A DNA stretch of 43,652 nucleotides, from the UHGV virus genome UHGV-0201380. The stretch is one strand, 5' to 3'. This document shows, one piece after another, positions 34,527 through 43,345 of the stretch. Every line of letters begins with the position of its first letter. The first letter of the stretch is position 1. The DNA is from a virus. Below the pieces are notes generated by a model. That model saw nothing but the letters and a program-made list of their open reading frames with translations, was not told where the DNA came from and ran no database searches. The position numbers and the translations under genes were made by a program.

Positions 34527-36995
34527 TTAGCAGAAGAAGAACGGGGATTCTAGCACTTGCCGGATGTCCAAAGTGCCCACTTCCGGCATGTCCAGGTCCG
34601 TCAAGTCTGCCCCGGCTGCTGCTGCTGCGCGAGTAATGTCGCCAAGCAGGTCATTCTCTTCATACAGGCGCACAAACTGCTCACGGATGTGCCTATGCAT
34701 AGCGTCAACGTCAGCTGCGTGAGTAGCCAGCGAGTCGTGAATAGGCACAATATCCAGACCCTCCGCAGCGCAGAGCACCATCATCAAGTGCGTACTGTCC
34801 AGGCTATGCACAAAGTTCGGGGCAATCCCGGAGGCTGCCTTGCGCTTGTTGCAAGTTTTGAAGTCCCGGTTGTGTACCAGTACCGCTGATAGGTTCATGC
34901 AGTCAATACGTACGCGCACTTCTTCACGCTGCGTGTAGCGGTTCATTACGAGCCCACCCAGCGGCGTATACCACTGCAGATGCTGGCTTGCCGGTACACG
35001 CCTAGCGAGGTTCTGCAAGTACCCCATAACTGCGGCTGCGGCTGGGTTTGCCTCCTCGATAGCAGTGCGCATACGCGGAGCCAGGTAGCATGACAAGTTC
35101 CACAGACTGTTAGTCTCAGTACCCTCGTACCCCTCAGCGCAAGCGCCTTCGAAGATGTAGTCGCTGCAGCTGCGCACAGTGGCGCTGTAGAAGTAGGTCA
35201 TACTAGGGCGCTTGGTCATGCTGCGGGTGATTTCGTTCTCTCTCCAGTACGTGCTCTGGATAACGAAATCCTCCTTGTCCAGGTCCAGTATCACCTTCTC
35301 GTCCGTACGGCGCTTCACGTCCATGTACAGGTCCGCTTTCTTATCATTACCCTCCCAGTACAGGTTCGTCAAGCGTCCGCCCACAGGGTCTCTCAGGAGC
35401 GCTGAGAGATGCTGTCCACCTGAGTTTGTAGCGTCCATAGCAACTGGGATTCGGCTAATATGCTCTTCTGGGCATCCAGAACGAACCGCATTAACCAAGT
35501 CGATAGCGGCGGCCAGCAGGCACCAGGGGCTATCCGCAGAGGAAAAAGCAGGGGCATCAAGAGGAGAATCCGCGAGCCTCTCAATCTCTGCATAGTTCGC
35601 ATCAACCCAAGCTGCACGGTCTTCGAATAGGGTTTTGTCATAACCAAAGCAAGTGGCGACGTGCACTTTAAGCCAGAAAAGTCCGCGCTCTCCCAGAGGC
35701 TTGCCACGTCCGAATTCAAGAAGGGCTTTCTGCAAATCAGAACCTTGGGGATGCAGCGAGGACTTGAAGTACAGGCGGTAGCGCCAGTCCACACAAGTCG
35801 GGAAGTACAGGGCTTTCTCATCTTTGAATTCCTCCGCCATTTCCAGCGTGGTCAACAGGCTGCGTAGTTGTGACACACGCTTACGGTCTGCGCTGTACCA
35901 TAGGGACATGCGCGTCTTCCACTCACCGAAGCGGTCCAGTTCTTCTTCGGTGTAGTTCTCTTTTGGTACTCCATCCAAGTACCACTCCGGTTTAGGCTCT
36001 GGTACTGAGCGGGGCATGCCCACCCCAATACCCAGGGCCCGTGCTTCTTGCACCAGTTCCAGTATGCGCTTATTAATACGGTATGGGGTTTCCTGCGCCT
36101 TATTAAGCGCCTTTTTGATGCCGTCCGCGGACTTGAATGCTTCTGCTACTTCACGGAGTCGCGCGCGGTCGATGTGCGAGTTGTGATAGGTCCCGCGATT
36201 GTCGATGGGGGTAAGGTACCCGCCATCCCACATAGTGGTGTGCTGTACCGGTGGCACCAGCATAGGCGGCTTCATGGTTACGGTATCAGCGGACTCTACC
36301 AGTTTCTGGAAGGCCTCCATAACATCGTCAGCCGGGTAGAGCATGCTCAGGTTCCCACTACAGTTCTTCCATTGGAACAGGCCAGTCTCAAACACCGCGG
36401 CACATAGCAGCCGACCTACTGAGATATTCTGGGAGTTGGTCCATGGCTCGTGCCCATAGTGCACGTTCTCAGCACTGGCCCGCAGCGTACGCAGGATGTG
36501 CGTGGGAGACTTGGTCTTACGCTCCGTAAGGTACTCGTACACACGGTCCATGTACGCCGGAGCCACGTTGCGTAACTGCAGGGCCAGCAGTTCCGATTGT
36601 ACGTTCCGGCCCAGCGCGGACATTACCGCCTGTGCAGTCTGGCGGCGGCTAGCGGACTCGCCAGGAGCTACGCTAAATGCCTCAAACATTGTGCATAGGC
36701 TCAGGGTGGTCAGGACATCCAAGGGGACTAAGCGCAGGAACCGGCGGTACTTACCGCCAATGCCCGGGGCTTTTACATTTCGCATCTCATCGATAGCGGC
36801 GGCGGCCACCTCATATGCCGAGGTGAGCATACGCTGCGTCATCGGCAGGTTCATAATCCCACCGTTCTGCAATGCGTCCGTAATCAGCTTACGTGCCCGC
36901 TCGATTCCGCGAATCTTATAGGTCTCTTCAAGCTCCAGCTGGCGTTTCACCAGTGCTTCCTCTGGTACTACAACCGTATTCAGGGCGCTAATCAT
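34527..36995 (-). CDS. Single-subunit DNA-directed RNA polymerase (T7 RNAP family), located next to the structural module
   Basis: 822 aa. Motif A-like PVAMDATNSGGQH, motif B-like RSMTKRPSMTYFYSAT, motif C-like PIHDSLATHAAD. AAGGAGA Shine-Dalgarno. Placement directly upstream of portal is the phiKMV-like hallmark. Confidence 0.95.
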   Translation of the reverse strand: MISALNTVVVPEEALVKRQLELEETYKIRGIERARKLITDALQNGGIMNLPMTQRMLTSAYEVAAAAIDEMRNVKAPGIGGKYRRFLRLVPLDVLTTLSLCTMFEAFSVAPGESASRRQTAQAVMSALGRNVQSELLALQLRNVAPAYMDRVYEYLTERKTKSPTHILRTLRASAENVHYGHEPWTNSQNISVGRLLCAAVFETGLFQWKNCSGNLSMLYPADDVMEAFQKLVESADTVTMKPPMLVPPVQHTTMWDGGYLTPIDNRGTYHNSHIDRARLREVAEAFKSADGIKKALNKAQETPYRINKRILELVQEARALGIGVGMPRSVPEPKPEWYLDGVPKENYTEEELDRFGEWKTRMSLWYSADRKRVSQLRSLLTTLEMAEEFKDEKALYFPTCVDWRYRLYFKSSLHPQGSDLQKALLEFGRGKPLGERGLFWLKVHVATCFGYDKTLFEDRAAWVDANYAEIERLADSPLDAPAFSSADSPWCLLAAAIDLVNAVRSGCPEEHISRIPVAMDATNSGGQHLSALLRDPVGGRLTNLYWEGNDKKADLYMDVKRRTDEKVILDLDKEDFVIQSTYWRENEITRSMTKRPSMTYFYSATVRSCSDYIFEGACAEGYEGTETNSLWNLSCYLAPRMRTAIEEANPAAAAVMGYLQNLARRVPASQHLQWYTPLGGLVMNRYTQREEVRVRIDCMNLSAVLVHNRDFKTCNKRKAASGIAPNFVHSLDSTHLMMVLCAAEGLDIVPIHDSLATHAADVDAMHRHIREQFVRLYEENDLLGDITRAAAAAGADLTDLDMPEVGTLDIRQVLESPFFFC

Positions 36996-37136
36996 AGGCG
37001 CTTAGTCTCCTTGGTTATGTCCGGTACTTCTAACTACTGATTGCGACTTACCCAGAGATTGTACATCTCCAGGTAGTCTTTAGCGGCGCGTTCGTCTCCC
37101 CGCTCTACTGCTTTCTGCCACATCCCGTGGCACCAC

Positions 37137-37592
37137 TCACTTGGCGTCAATGCACTTACCTCTGTGTTGCTCGTATAGTTCTGAGTACTTGTCGGACTTG
37201 GCAATGTCTTGTTCCAGCTTATCCTTGTTCCCGGCGCGCAGTCTGTACTTGAGCCGGTTCCCCAGGCAGTATCCGTAGAACTGCTCTTTCGTCATACTGC
37301 GTGCAATCACCTCAATTGCCTCCAGGTCCGGGAAGAACTGGTAGTGCTTGGGTGAGTTCACTGCGTCGGGCGCTTGTGTGCTGGTTATGGGGACTTCCCC
37401 CACTACATGGAAGTAGTCCGCGCGCCAACCGCCAGCTAGGTCTCCGCTTAGTGTAATTGTGGTGCCACTAACCTCAAGCACCCCCCTGGAGGCGTATGGG
37501 GAGATATGAAGAGACTCGCAGATTCGAGACCAGTCACCCGACACGTGCGTAGCTTTACGAACTACCACATCACCAACTTTAATATTACTCAT
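37137..37592 (-). CDS. Hypothetical protein, DUF3310-like conserved T7-group protein
   Basis: 151 aa; C-terminal region NSPKHYQF ... EAIEVIA ... GNRLKYRLRAGNK resembles the DUF3310 pattern. Start overlaps the endonuclease VII stop (ATGA). Confidence 0.55.
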   Translation of the reverse strand: MSNIKVGDVVVRKATHVSGDWSRICESLHISPYASRGVLEVSGTTITLSGDLAGGWRADYFHVVGEVPITSTQAPDAVNSPKHYQFFPDLEAIEVIARSMTKEQFYGYCLGNRLKYRLRAGNKDKLEQDIAKSDKYSELYEQHRGKCIDAK

Positions 37593-38032
37593 TTAATAGT
37601 CTCCCGTGCTTTACGTCGTGCCCGGGCCTTGCGGGCCTTGAGCTTCTGTGCCTGCGCCAATTCTTCCGGCGTCTTGTGCGTATAGTATAGCATATCCGTA
37701 GGTTCGCGGTCTAAGTAATCGGCGACCCTACGTAGAGATTCAGCAATAGCCCCAGAAGATTGCATGCTACCAACAATCCAGCGCCCAGCGGCAGATGCCA
37801 CTTTGCCTTCCCCTCCATTGCACGAGCGATGAAGAGCACCCCGAATACGCCCAGTAATATGATCGTGGTCAACGACAACAGAATCACCAGTTACCCCCTT
37901 GATTGTGAAGTCCAAAGGTTTGCCACAAAGGAGGCAGATACCTCCCTGGTCTTTGGCAAGCTTAATTGCCACGGAGCGAATCTGTGCCCGTGTAATCTTC
38001 CGCAGACTCATACGTATATGAACCCCCACCAT
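37589..38032 (-). CDS. Endonuclease VII-type Holliday junction resolvase
   Basis: 147 aa with CLLCGKPLD ... VVDHDHITGRIRGALHRSCNGGEGK (zinc-binding and DHDH motifs of the T4 endo VII family); basic C-terminal tail. Confidence 0.85.
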   Translation of the reverse strand: MVGVHIRMSLRKITRAQIRSVAIKLAKDQGGICLLCGKPLDFTIKGVTGDSVVVDHDHITGRIRGALHRSCNGGEGKVASAAGRWIVGSMQSSGAIAESLRRVADYLDREPTDMLYYTHKTPEELAQAQKLKARKARARRKARETIK

Positions 38033-38180
38033 AAATGCGCGGAGCGTATGTGAGCTACGGTCAGTGCCGGAGACATCACCTCTCCGGTGTTAGTGCACCT
38101 AACCTGAACCCCTTGCTGTGGGGCGGGTTCCAATATATACACGTCTTGTGTATCCTCAAAAGTATATTCTCTACCCATTT

Positions 38181-38381
38181 CTAACATAGTTCAATCTCCC
38201 CCACTACATCCAGCAGAGCATTGTCGTGAATGAGAGAATCCAAATGCTCAACCGTTCTTCGATGTGTTTTGGGTGCTCGTTCACGCAGCGCAACCAGAAT
38301 AGTTTCAAGTTCATCATGTTTCCCCTCGTAGTATAACTCAATCGCCCGCAGGCTCATTTCCTTCGCAGACATCTTCGCCAT
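38181..38381 (-). CDS. Hypothetical small protein
   Basis: Track ORF 38181..38450 overlaps the exonuclease 3' end. An internal ATG at about 38381 (MAKMSAKEM...) follows AGGAG, giving about 66 aa. Confidence 0.4.
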   Translation of the reverse strand: MAKMSAKEMSLRAIELYYEGKHDELETILVALRERAPKTHRRTVEHLDSLIHDNALLDVVGEIELC

Positions 38382-39306
38382 TGTCTGGGTGCTCCTGTAT
38401 CCACTGTATATGCTGTTTATGGTACTCGTGCAGCGAATGCACCCAGTCACGCAGACTGGGAGTAGTCAACAGTGACATCAGATACAGGTACGCTGAATCT
38501 GACGGGGAGCGCCGCAGGAACAGGCATTCTGCCTCTGCGAGTACATCTTGGTTGTTTCGAGCGTAAGCCGCTACAACGAATTCTGCGGCGTCCTGCTCTG
38601 AGGTAATAGGGTAGATAGCATCAAAGGCCGTTCGCTTCCCACAGAGCTTCCCATCAAGCAATGTGATGCCTTTGACGTTATCTGCGTCATCTCCTGCTAG
38701 CATCTGCCACCAGAAGAACTTAGTGCCATGCGCTCGTACCGGCATAGCCTGGGTATCATCCCACTTAATCCATCCGAAGGGGTTATCCAAGGCAGGCCAT
38801 ACGGTTCCGGTTGGGATATCGAACCGGGCCATAGGGCTGAGCCAGGAGTCCTTGTCCTGAGACATCAGGATTCCACGGTCCCCGAAGCTGTACGAATCCA
38901 TTATGAACAGGTCATCCGCCTCGAAGTAGTCACTGCTTACCACTTGTATGCCATGCTCAGAATACTGGTCCGGGTTCTCAATCAGGTGCCGCTTCAACGG
39001 TGCCTTGAGTGGCAGCTCCTGACGCTTATTGCGGTTCCCTTGGTACGGCTTAGCCGTAGGCAGGTGCCAGCGCAGGCACTTAGCACACCCCGTAGGCGTC
39101 AGATACGCCACTGCTTCTGAGCAGCCGACCAGGAACATGTCCTCAAGCACCAGCTGATAGAAGCGGCGTATCGCGGTATCCAAACGTTTCACTGTAGCAG
39201 CAGATTTATAAACTGTGAAATCCGCGTCGTACAGCAGAATCTTCCCAGAGTTCTGCGGAGCTAACTGCTCCCCGAGCTGGGACAAGTCAACCCCGTTGAT
39301 AATCAT
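38338..39306 (-). CDS. 5'-3' exonuclease (FEN-like, T7 gp6-like)
   Basis: 322 aa, with LLYDADFTVYKS near the N-terminus and GDDADNVKGI later, a pattern typical of 5'-3' exonuclease/FEN family proteins. Confidence 0.85.
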   Translation of the reverse strand: MIINGVDLSQLGEQLAPQNSGKILLYDADFTVYKSAATVKRLDTAIRRFYQLVLEDMFLVGCSEAVAYLTPTGCAKCLRWHLPTAKPYQGNRNKRQELPLKAPLKRHLIENPDQYSEHGIQVVSSDYFEADDLFIMDSYSFGDRGILMSQDKDSWLSPMARFDIPTGTVWPALDNPFGWIKWDDTQAMPVRAHGTKFFWWQMLAGDDADNVKGITLLDGKLCGKRTAFDAIYPITSEQDAAEFVVAAYARNNQDVLAEAECLFLRRSPSDSAYLYLMSLLTTPSLRDWVHSLHEYHKQHIQWIQEHPDNGEDVCEGNEPAGD

Positions 39307-39467
39307 CAGACCCCCGTAACCTTCTTGGTCAACTTACGCGCCCAGGATTCCCAGGCGGTCGGCGCCTGACTGTTTTCTACCTTCTCAAATGCCCAGCACA
39401 GGATAGCTACAGGCACTAGCGGGGCTACTAACAGGAAGTAAAATGATTTTGCAAAGAAGTTACGCAT
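39306..39467 (-). CDS. Small predicted membrane protein (below track size cutoff)
   Basis: Hand translation gives about 53 aa (MRNFFAKSFYFLLVAPLVPVAILCWAF...) with one hydrophobic segment. Stop overlaps the exonuclease ATG by 1 nt. Coordinates approximate. Confidence 0.4.
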   Translation of the reverse strand: MRNFFAKSFYFLLVAPLVPVAILCWAFEKVENSQAPTAWESWARKLTKKVTGV

Positions 39468-39470
39468 TCT

Positions 39471-39632
39471 CTACACCTTTAAGTGGTCAGTAAAAGCATG
39501 GATTGCACGGCCCAGCATAGCCACGCCCTTAGAGCCTCCGGCTACACTGAGCGCCAGCGCCATTAGCATCAAGCTGATTGCAAGTAGTACCAGTGCTGGG
39601 ACTGAAATTATGTAGGATATAAATTTACGCAT
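39471..39632 (-). CDS. Small predicted membrane protein (below track size cutoff)
   Basis: Hand translation gives about 53 aa (MRKFISYIISVPALVLLAISLMLMALALSVAG...). ATG overlaps the upstream stop (TAATG) and is preceded by GGAGGG. Coordinates approximate. Confidence 0.4.
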   Translation of the reverse strand: MRKFISYIISVPALVLLAISLMLMALALSVAGGSKGVAMLGRAIHAFTDHLKV

Positions 39633-40006
39633 TATATACCCTCCAGTTCAGATAGCACCAACACGGTGCCAAGCATGTCCCCGATTACTTCCGTGGTACG
39701 CAGGCTCTGGTCTACGTCGTAGATGCAGGAACCAATCTCCGCCAGCCCGATGCTTAGGGTACCCACAATGCGGATAAGCACTAGGTCATCACCCCGTAAC
39801 TTATCGGCATGTGCCGCCAGGTCATTGTGCTCCTTGAAGGCGGTAGCAGCCAACTCCAGGTCCATGCCGTACAGGGCCGCCAGCTTGTCCAGAGCATCGT
39901 ACACAGCGCCGAGCTGGTCACCATTGTCGAAACCTTGAACGGCGCTACAGTTCACGTAACCTACAGCCAGAACCAGTTTCTTGTATGCGTCTAGTACTTT
40001 GTCCAT
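39632..40006 (-). CDS. Hypothetical protein
   Basis: 124-aa ORF in a translationally coupled string of middle genes. Confidence 0.5.
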   Translation of the reverse strand: MDKVLDAYKKLVLAVGYVNCSAVQGFDNGDQLGAVYDALDKLAALYGMDLELAATAFKEHNDLAAHADKLRGDDLVLIRIVGTLSIGLAEIGSCIYDVDQSLRTTEVIGDMLGTVLVLSELEGI

Positions 40007-40284
40007 TAGTCAAATCCTTTCAATTTGTGTTTTGAAATGAAATTGTGGGCTTTGGTCTCAGTGGCCGTAGCCTCTGCACCCAGGGCGTATGCACGGCGTC
40101 GGGACTTGGCGCACTGGCGAGTCAAGTGATAGCGGTGTGCGCTAATCTCGGCACCCAGAAGGCTTGCCCTGTGTGCGTGAGAATTAGCTGCCCGGTGCCA
40201 GTCATTTGCTCGCTTCTGCAAACGCTGTGCACGCAGAAGCAGAAACACAGCGTACTGTTCTTTGGCCCATGTGATTATGCGCAT
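40006..40284 (-). CDS. Hypothetical basic protein
   Basis: 92-aa ORF, Arg/His-rich. Confidence 0.5.
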   Translation of the reverse strand: MRIITWAKEQYAVFLLLRAQRLQKRANDWHRAANSHAHRASLLGAEISAHRYHLTRQCAKSRRRAYALGAEATATETKAHNFISKHKLKGFD

Positions 40285-40539
40285 TTATACCTCCAGGAAG
40301 TTAGCTACTTCATCACGCTTAGCGCGCAGGTTATCAGCATGGCAAGCGCACGCCTCGGCTAACTCTTTGCTATGCTTGGATGCCTCTACGCGCGCCTCGG
40401 ATTGAGCGGCCAGACGCACTGCGTCGTCTGCGAATTTAACTGACAACTGCTCGTTAAACTGCGCTTTGGCATCGGCGCGTTTAGCTTCTGCTGTGTAGGC
40501 TGCGCTCAGGAGTTTGATGAGAATCTTGATGATGTTCAT
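40285..40539 (-). CDS. Hypothetical protein
   Basis: 84-aa ORF, Ala/Lys/Glu-rich and probably helical. Preceded by a GC hairpin and a GAGGAAG Shine-Dalgarno. Confidence 0.5.
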   Translation of the reverse strand: MNIIKILIKLLSAAYTAEAKRADAKAQFNEQLSVKFADDAVRLAAQSEARVEASKHSKELAEACACHADNLRAKRDEVANFLEV

Positions 40540-40548
40540 AGGCTTCCT

Positions 40549-40567
40549 CTAAGGCCCCTAGGAGGGG
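40549..40567 (-). promoter_or_regulatory. Intergenic GC-rich hairpin (possible RNA processing or stability element)
   Basis: Minus strand GGCCCCT-CCT-AGGGGCC: 7-bp perfect stem with 3-nt loop, between the 262-aa gene stop and the next Shine-Dalgarno. No U-tract, so not a canonical terminator. Confidence 0.3.
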
Positions 40568-40592
40568 CCGTATTAGTTTAGGTTAGGGTTGA

Positions 40593-41381
40593 TTAGGCTT
40601 GAGGTGCGGCGGGTGCTGCTGGCGCCACAGGGGCTGCAGGGGCCACTGGTGCAGCCGGGGCTGCGGGTGCCTGCATAGCTGCCGGACTAGGAACCGAGCC
40701 AGCGTTCAGCAGAATATCCAGAGCACTGCCAGGGAAGTCTACAGCCTTGTACATATCCTCCTGAATCCAGTTCTTGCTCTTACCATCGTCGAAGGTGCCT
40801 TCGATGTGCAGGCTATCCCAGGTCTCTTTGGTTGGGTTGTTCCACAGGAACAGCTTAATCTCAGAGGCATCCATGGCAGGCATCTTGATAGGCTCGCCAG
40901 TGTTCGGGTCGAATTTCGGAATCGGGCGGATACCGGACAGGTCCACGATGTTGGACTTCTTGCCCGCGGCGCTGGTGTGCTCATCAATCGGGAAGGTGAA
41001 GGCCTGGCCCAGACGCTGTGCTGCATGCTTAATGCTATTGTCGTAGTTGAGCTTGTCGAAGAACTTCTTGAAGCCTGCGCGCTCAAAGTTACTGATAGCC
41101 ATCGGGAACGGGCGGATACGCTTCACTTCGCCGTTAGGACCGAACACTACAATGCCGATGCGTACGTTAGCTACTGCGGGCTTACCGGTCGGCTTGCCAC
41201 CCTTAGTCGGCAGGCGCTTACCGATTTCTACGTACTCGGTGAAGTAGCCGTAGTATTCACCCTTCGGCAGCAGCACGTCCTCATATGCGCCGCCCTGTGC
41301 GGTTTCCCGCATATCTACATCTTGGGTTCCGATTGCTGCGTCTACCAGAGCGTTCAGGGATGCCAATACATTCGTAGTCAT
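40593..41381 (-). CDS. Hypothetical protein with Pro/Ala-repeat C-terminal tail
   Basis: 262 aa; C-terminus PAAMQAPAAPAAPVAPAAPVAPAAPAAPQA is low-complexity. Lys/Gly-rich central region. No catalytic motif recognised. Confidence 0.55.
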   Translation of the reverse strand: MTTNVLASLNALVDAAIGTQDVDMRETAQGGAYEDVLLPKGEYYGYFTEYVEIGKRLPTKGGKPTGKPAVANVRIGIVVFGPNGEVKRIRPFPMAISNFERAGFKKFFDKLNYDNSIKHAAQRLGQAFTFPIDEHTSAAGKKSNIVDLSGIRPIPKFDPNTGEPIKMPAMDASEIKLFLWNNPTKETWDSLHIEGTFDDGKSKNWIQEDMYKAVDFPGSALDILLNAGSVPSPAAMQAPAAPAAPVAPAAPVAPAAPAAPQA

Positions 41382-41402
41382 ATAATTACGTCCTCGTTTA
41401 GT

Positions 41403-41972
41403 TTAAATGATATTTACGTGCAGATGCAGGGCTATGCGTTTGCACAGTCCTACGAAGTCATCGTGGTGCATGTCAGACTTCATATAGTTGCAGGTAGGGC
41501 AGCATGGCACACAGTTGTCTAAATGGTACCCAATGCGTGAATCCTTCCGGTCTATCCCGTTAGTGGGTACTGTGGATTTACGCGCCCATCTCCCACTGCC
41601 GAGTTCCCGGTAGGTACTGGGTGGCGCGCCGCAGTAATAACAATCTGCGCTTACTAAGGCCTTGGCGTCTTCCTTAGTAATACTCCTACCTAACTTAGTG
41701 CTAAAGGCCCATACCTTATTCGCCGATACTGTTAAGTCGTCCAGCTTATTAGGCGGAGTTCGTCCAGTATTCTTCTCACTTTGCCTGAGTTTAGTTTGAC
41801 ATCCGCAGTGACCAAGGCCGCCGCGCTTACTGGTATTGAATAGCTTAGTGCGTATCGCCTCAAACTCCTCGCCACAGTAAGGGCAGTCCCAGGTATAAAC
41901 AACCATACCGCGGAATCTCTTTCCTGTATCAGTCTTTGGTTTTATCTCTTGCACACCACCTTCCGGAATCAT
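41403..41972 (-). CDS. Zinc-finger protein with degenerate HNH-like nuclease motif
   Basis: Track ORF starts at TTG 41975, with an ATG at about 41972; an alternative ATG at about 41906 avoids overlap with the phosphoesterase gene. CPYCGEEF and HCGCQ Cys pairs; C-terminal NGIDRKDSRIGYHLDNCVPCCPTCNYMK resembles an HNH core with His replaced. Confidence 0.45.
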   Translation of the reverse strand: MIPEGGVQEIKPKTDTGKRFRGMVVYTWDCPYCGEEFEAIRTKLFNTSKRGGLGHCGCQTKLRQSEKNTGRTPPNKLDDLTVSANKVWAFSTKLGRSITKEDAKALVSADCYYCGAPPSTYRELGSGRWARKSTVPTNGIDRKDSRIGYHLDNCVPCCPTCNYMKSDMHHDDFVGLCKRIALHLHVNII

Positions 41973-42918
41973 CAAGCAGCATCGGGATTAACTGCGGACA
42001 GCCCTCGGTGATTACCATCACACCCAGGATTGGTTTCTTGCGGGTGAGTCTGCCGTAAGCAAAGGCCATGCTCTTACGGTCAATCAGACACCCAGCATAC
42101 GCACCAAAGTACAAAGCTGTTGAGCTAGCTGCATATTGCACCTCAAAGCGACCATGTTCGTGACCAAGGACAAGGCTGGTTCTTTCGTGGCTAGCGTTGA
42201 GCATGAAGTCACCCGACACTTGATGCTGGAATCTAACCGGGCCAAGTGGGGTATTGAGTACCCATGCGTCAGCCCAAGACCACGCCGGGGCACCATGCTC
42301 AGGGAAAAGTATATCTCGGTACTTCTTGATGAATTGCACTGGTAGCCCGTGAGCTTTCGCCCTGCGGTAAACCAGACTGCCGTGATTGGAATCGCAAACC
42401 AGTAGGTTCGGGAATAGTTCATGCAGCTCCTCCAGTACGAGCTTGGCTTTCTCCAGCTCCACCCCGGCGCTATCTAGGTTCGGGTTACTTTCGTGGAATG
42501 ATATAGCGTGGCCGTCCGTCTCGTCGCCTACCTGTACAACCATGTCCGGACAGTAGGCGTCTCGCACAGATTCTAAGAAGGCCATAGCATCTACGTGCGT
42601 ATAGGGGGCATGCAAATCCCCAACTACGAGAATACGGTGGCACACTTCCGGCACGAAGGTTTTGCCGATGTCATCAGTGGGACTGGGCTGTATGAGCTTT
42701 AGTGCCTCCTTCATGTGGGATATTGCCTTACCCTTGCTCCCAGCGTGGTCTAGGAATATGCTGCGCCAGTACTTCACCATCTGTCGATACACCACTGGCT
42801 CGTCCAGTCCCGCCAGATTATTATAGGCGGCAGCAGCATCCACGTTAGAGCTGTGCTTGCTCAAGATATCTATGTGTTGCTCTTTGGTGAATAGCTTTAT
42901 TGTGTTTAACTTAGGCAT
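41929..42918 (-). CDS. Calcineurin-like metallophosphoesterase (Ser/Thr protein phosphatase / phosphodiesterase superfamily)
   Basis: 329 aa with the ordered motifs VVGDLHAPY (GDxH), VQVGDETDGH (GDxxD), CDSNHGS (GNH[DE]-like) and LGHEHGRF (GH-x-H). Substrate cannot be assigned. Confidence 0.8.
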   Translation of the reverse strand: MPKLNTIKLFTKEQHIDILSKHSSNVDAAAAYNNLAGLDEPVVYRQMVKYWRSIFLDHAGSKGKAISHMKEALKLIQPSPTDDIGKTFVPEVCHRILVVGDLHAPYTHVDAMAFLESVRDAYCPDMVVQVGDETDGHAISFHESNPNLDSAGVELEKAKLVLEELHELFPNLLVCDSNHGSLVYRRAKAHGLPVQFIKKYRDILFPEHGAPAWSWADAWVLNTPLGPVRFQHQVSGDFMLNASHERTSLVLGHEHGRFEVQYAASSTALYFGAYAGCLIDRKSMAFAYGRLTRKKPILGVMVITEGCPQLIPMLLDDSGRWCARDKTKD

Positions 42919-43345
42919 TCCAGCTCCTGTTACTTATTACGTCACTAATTACATGTACACCTACACCGTACTTATTAGCAAAGTGTTGCCGCATACCTTT
43001 CTTGTATGGGATATAGTTATCCCTGATATCCTGCACAGCATCCCAAGTTAACTGCGCTTTTGGGTTCCTATCCCCACGCACATCTGGGTTCCTTCCGCGC
43101 TCTGCACGGTCCCGCATATTATCCATATGCGTTCCCAATACTAAGTGCTTAGGGTTAATGCACCTGGGGTTATCGCAGGTATGTCTAACAGACAGGCCAG
43201 CCAGCGCCCTTATATCCAGCCCGTTATGCTCAGCATACACCACCCGATGCAGCAGCTCCAATCGCCTGGTCGGCTTATACCATGCCCGGCGGTATCCGTT
43301 CTTGTTAAGGCATTTGTTATACCCGTGGTCAATACACATCGACAT
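42911..43345 (-). CDS. HNH homing endonuclease
   Basis: 144 aa with HRVVYAEHNG ... HTCDNPRCINPKHLVLGTHMDNM. Overlaps the phosphoesterase start by 8 nt. Confidence 0.85.
   Translation of the reverse strand: MSMCIDHGYNKCLNKNGYRRAWYKPTRRLELLHRVVYAEHNGLDIRALAGLSVRHTCDNPRCINPKHLVLGTHMDNMRDRAERGRNPDVRGDRNPKAQLTWDAVQDIRDNYIPYKKGMRQHFANKYGVGVHVISDVISNRSWNA

Noticed and set aside
36996-37136. 29-codon ORF in the intergenic region upstream of the RNAP gene
   Set aside because: Very short, weak ribosome-binding site, and the region is more plausibly a regulatory leader for the RNAP gene (strong AAGGAGA Shine-Dalgarno at its 3' end).
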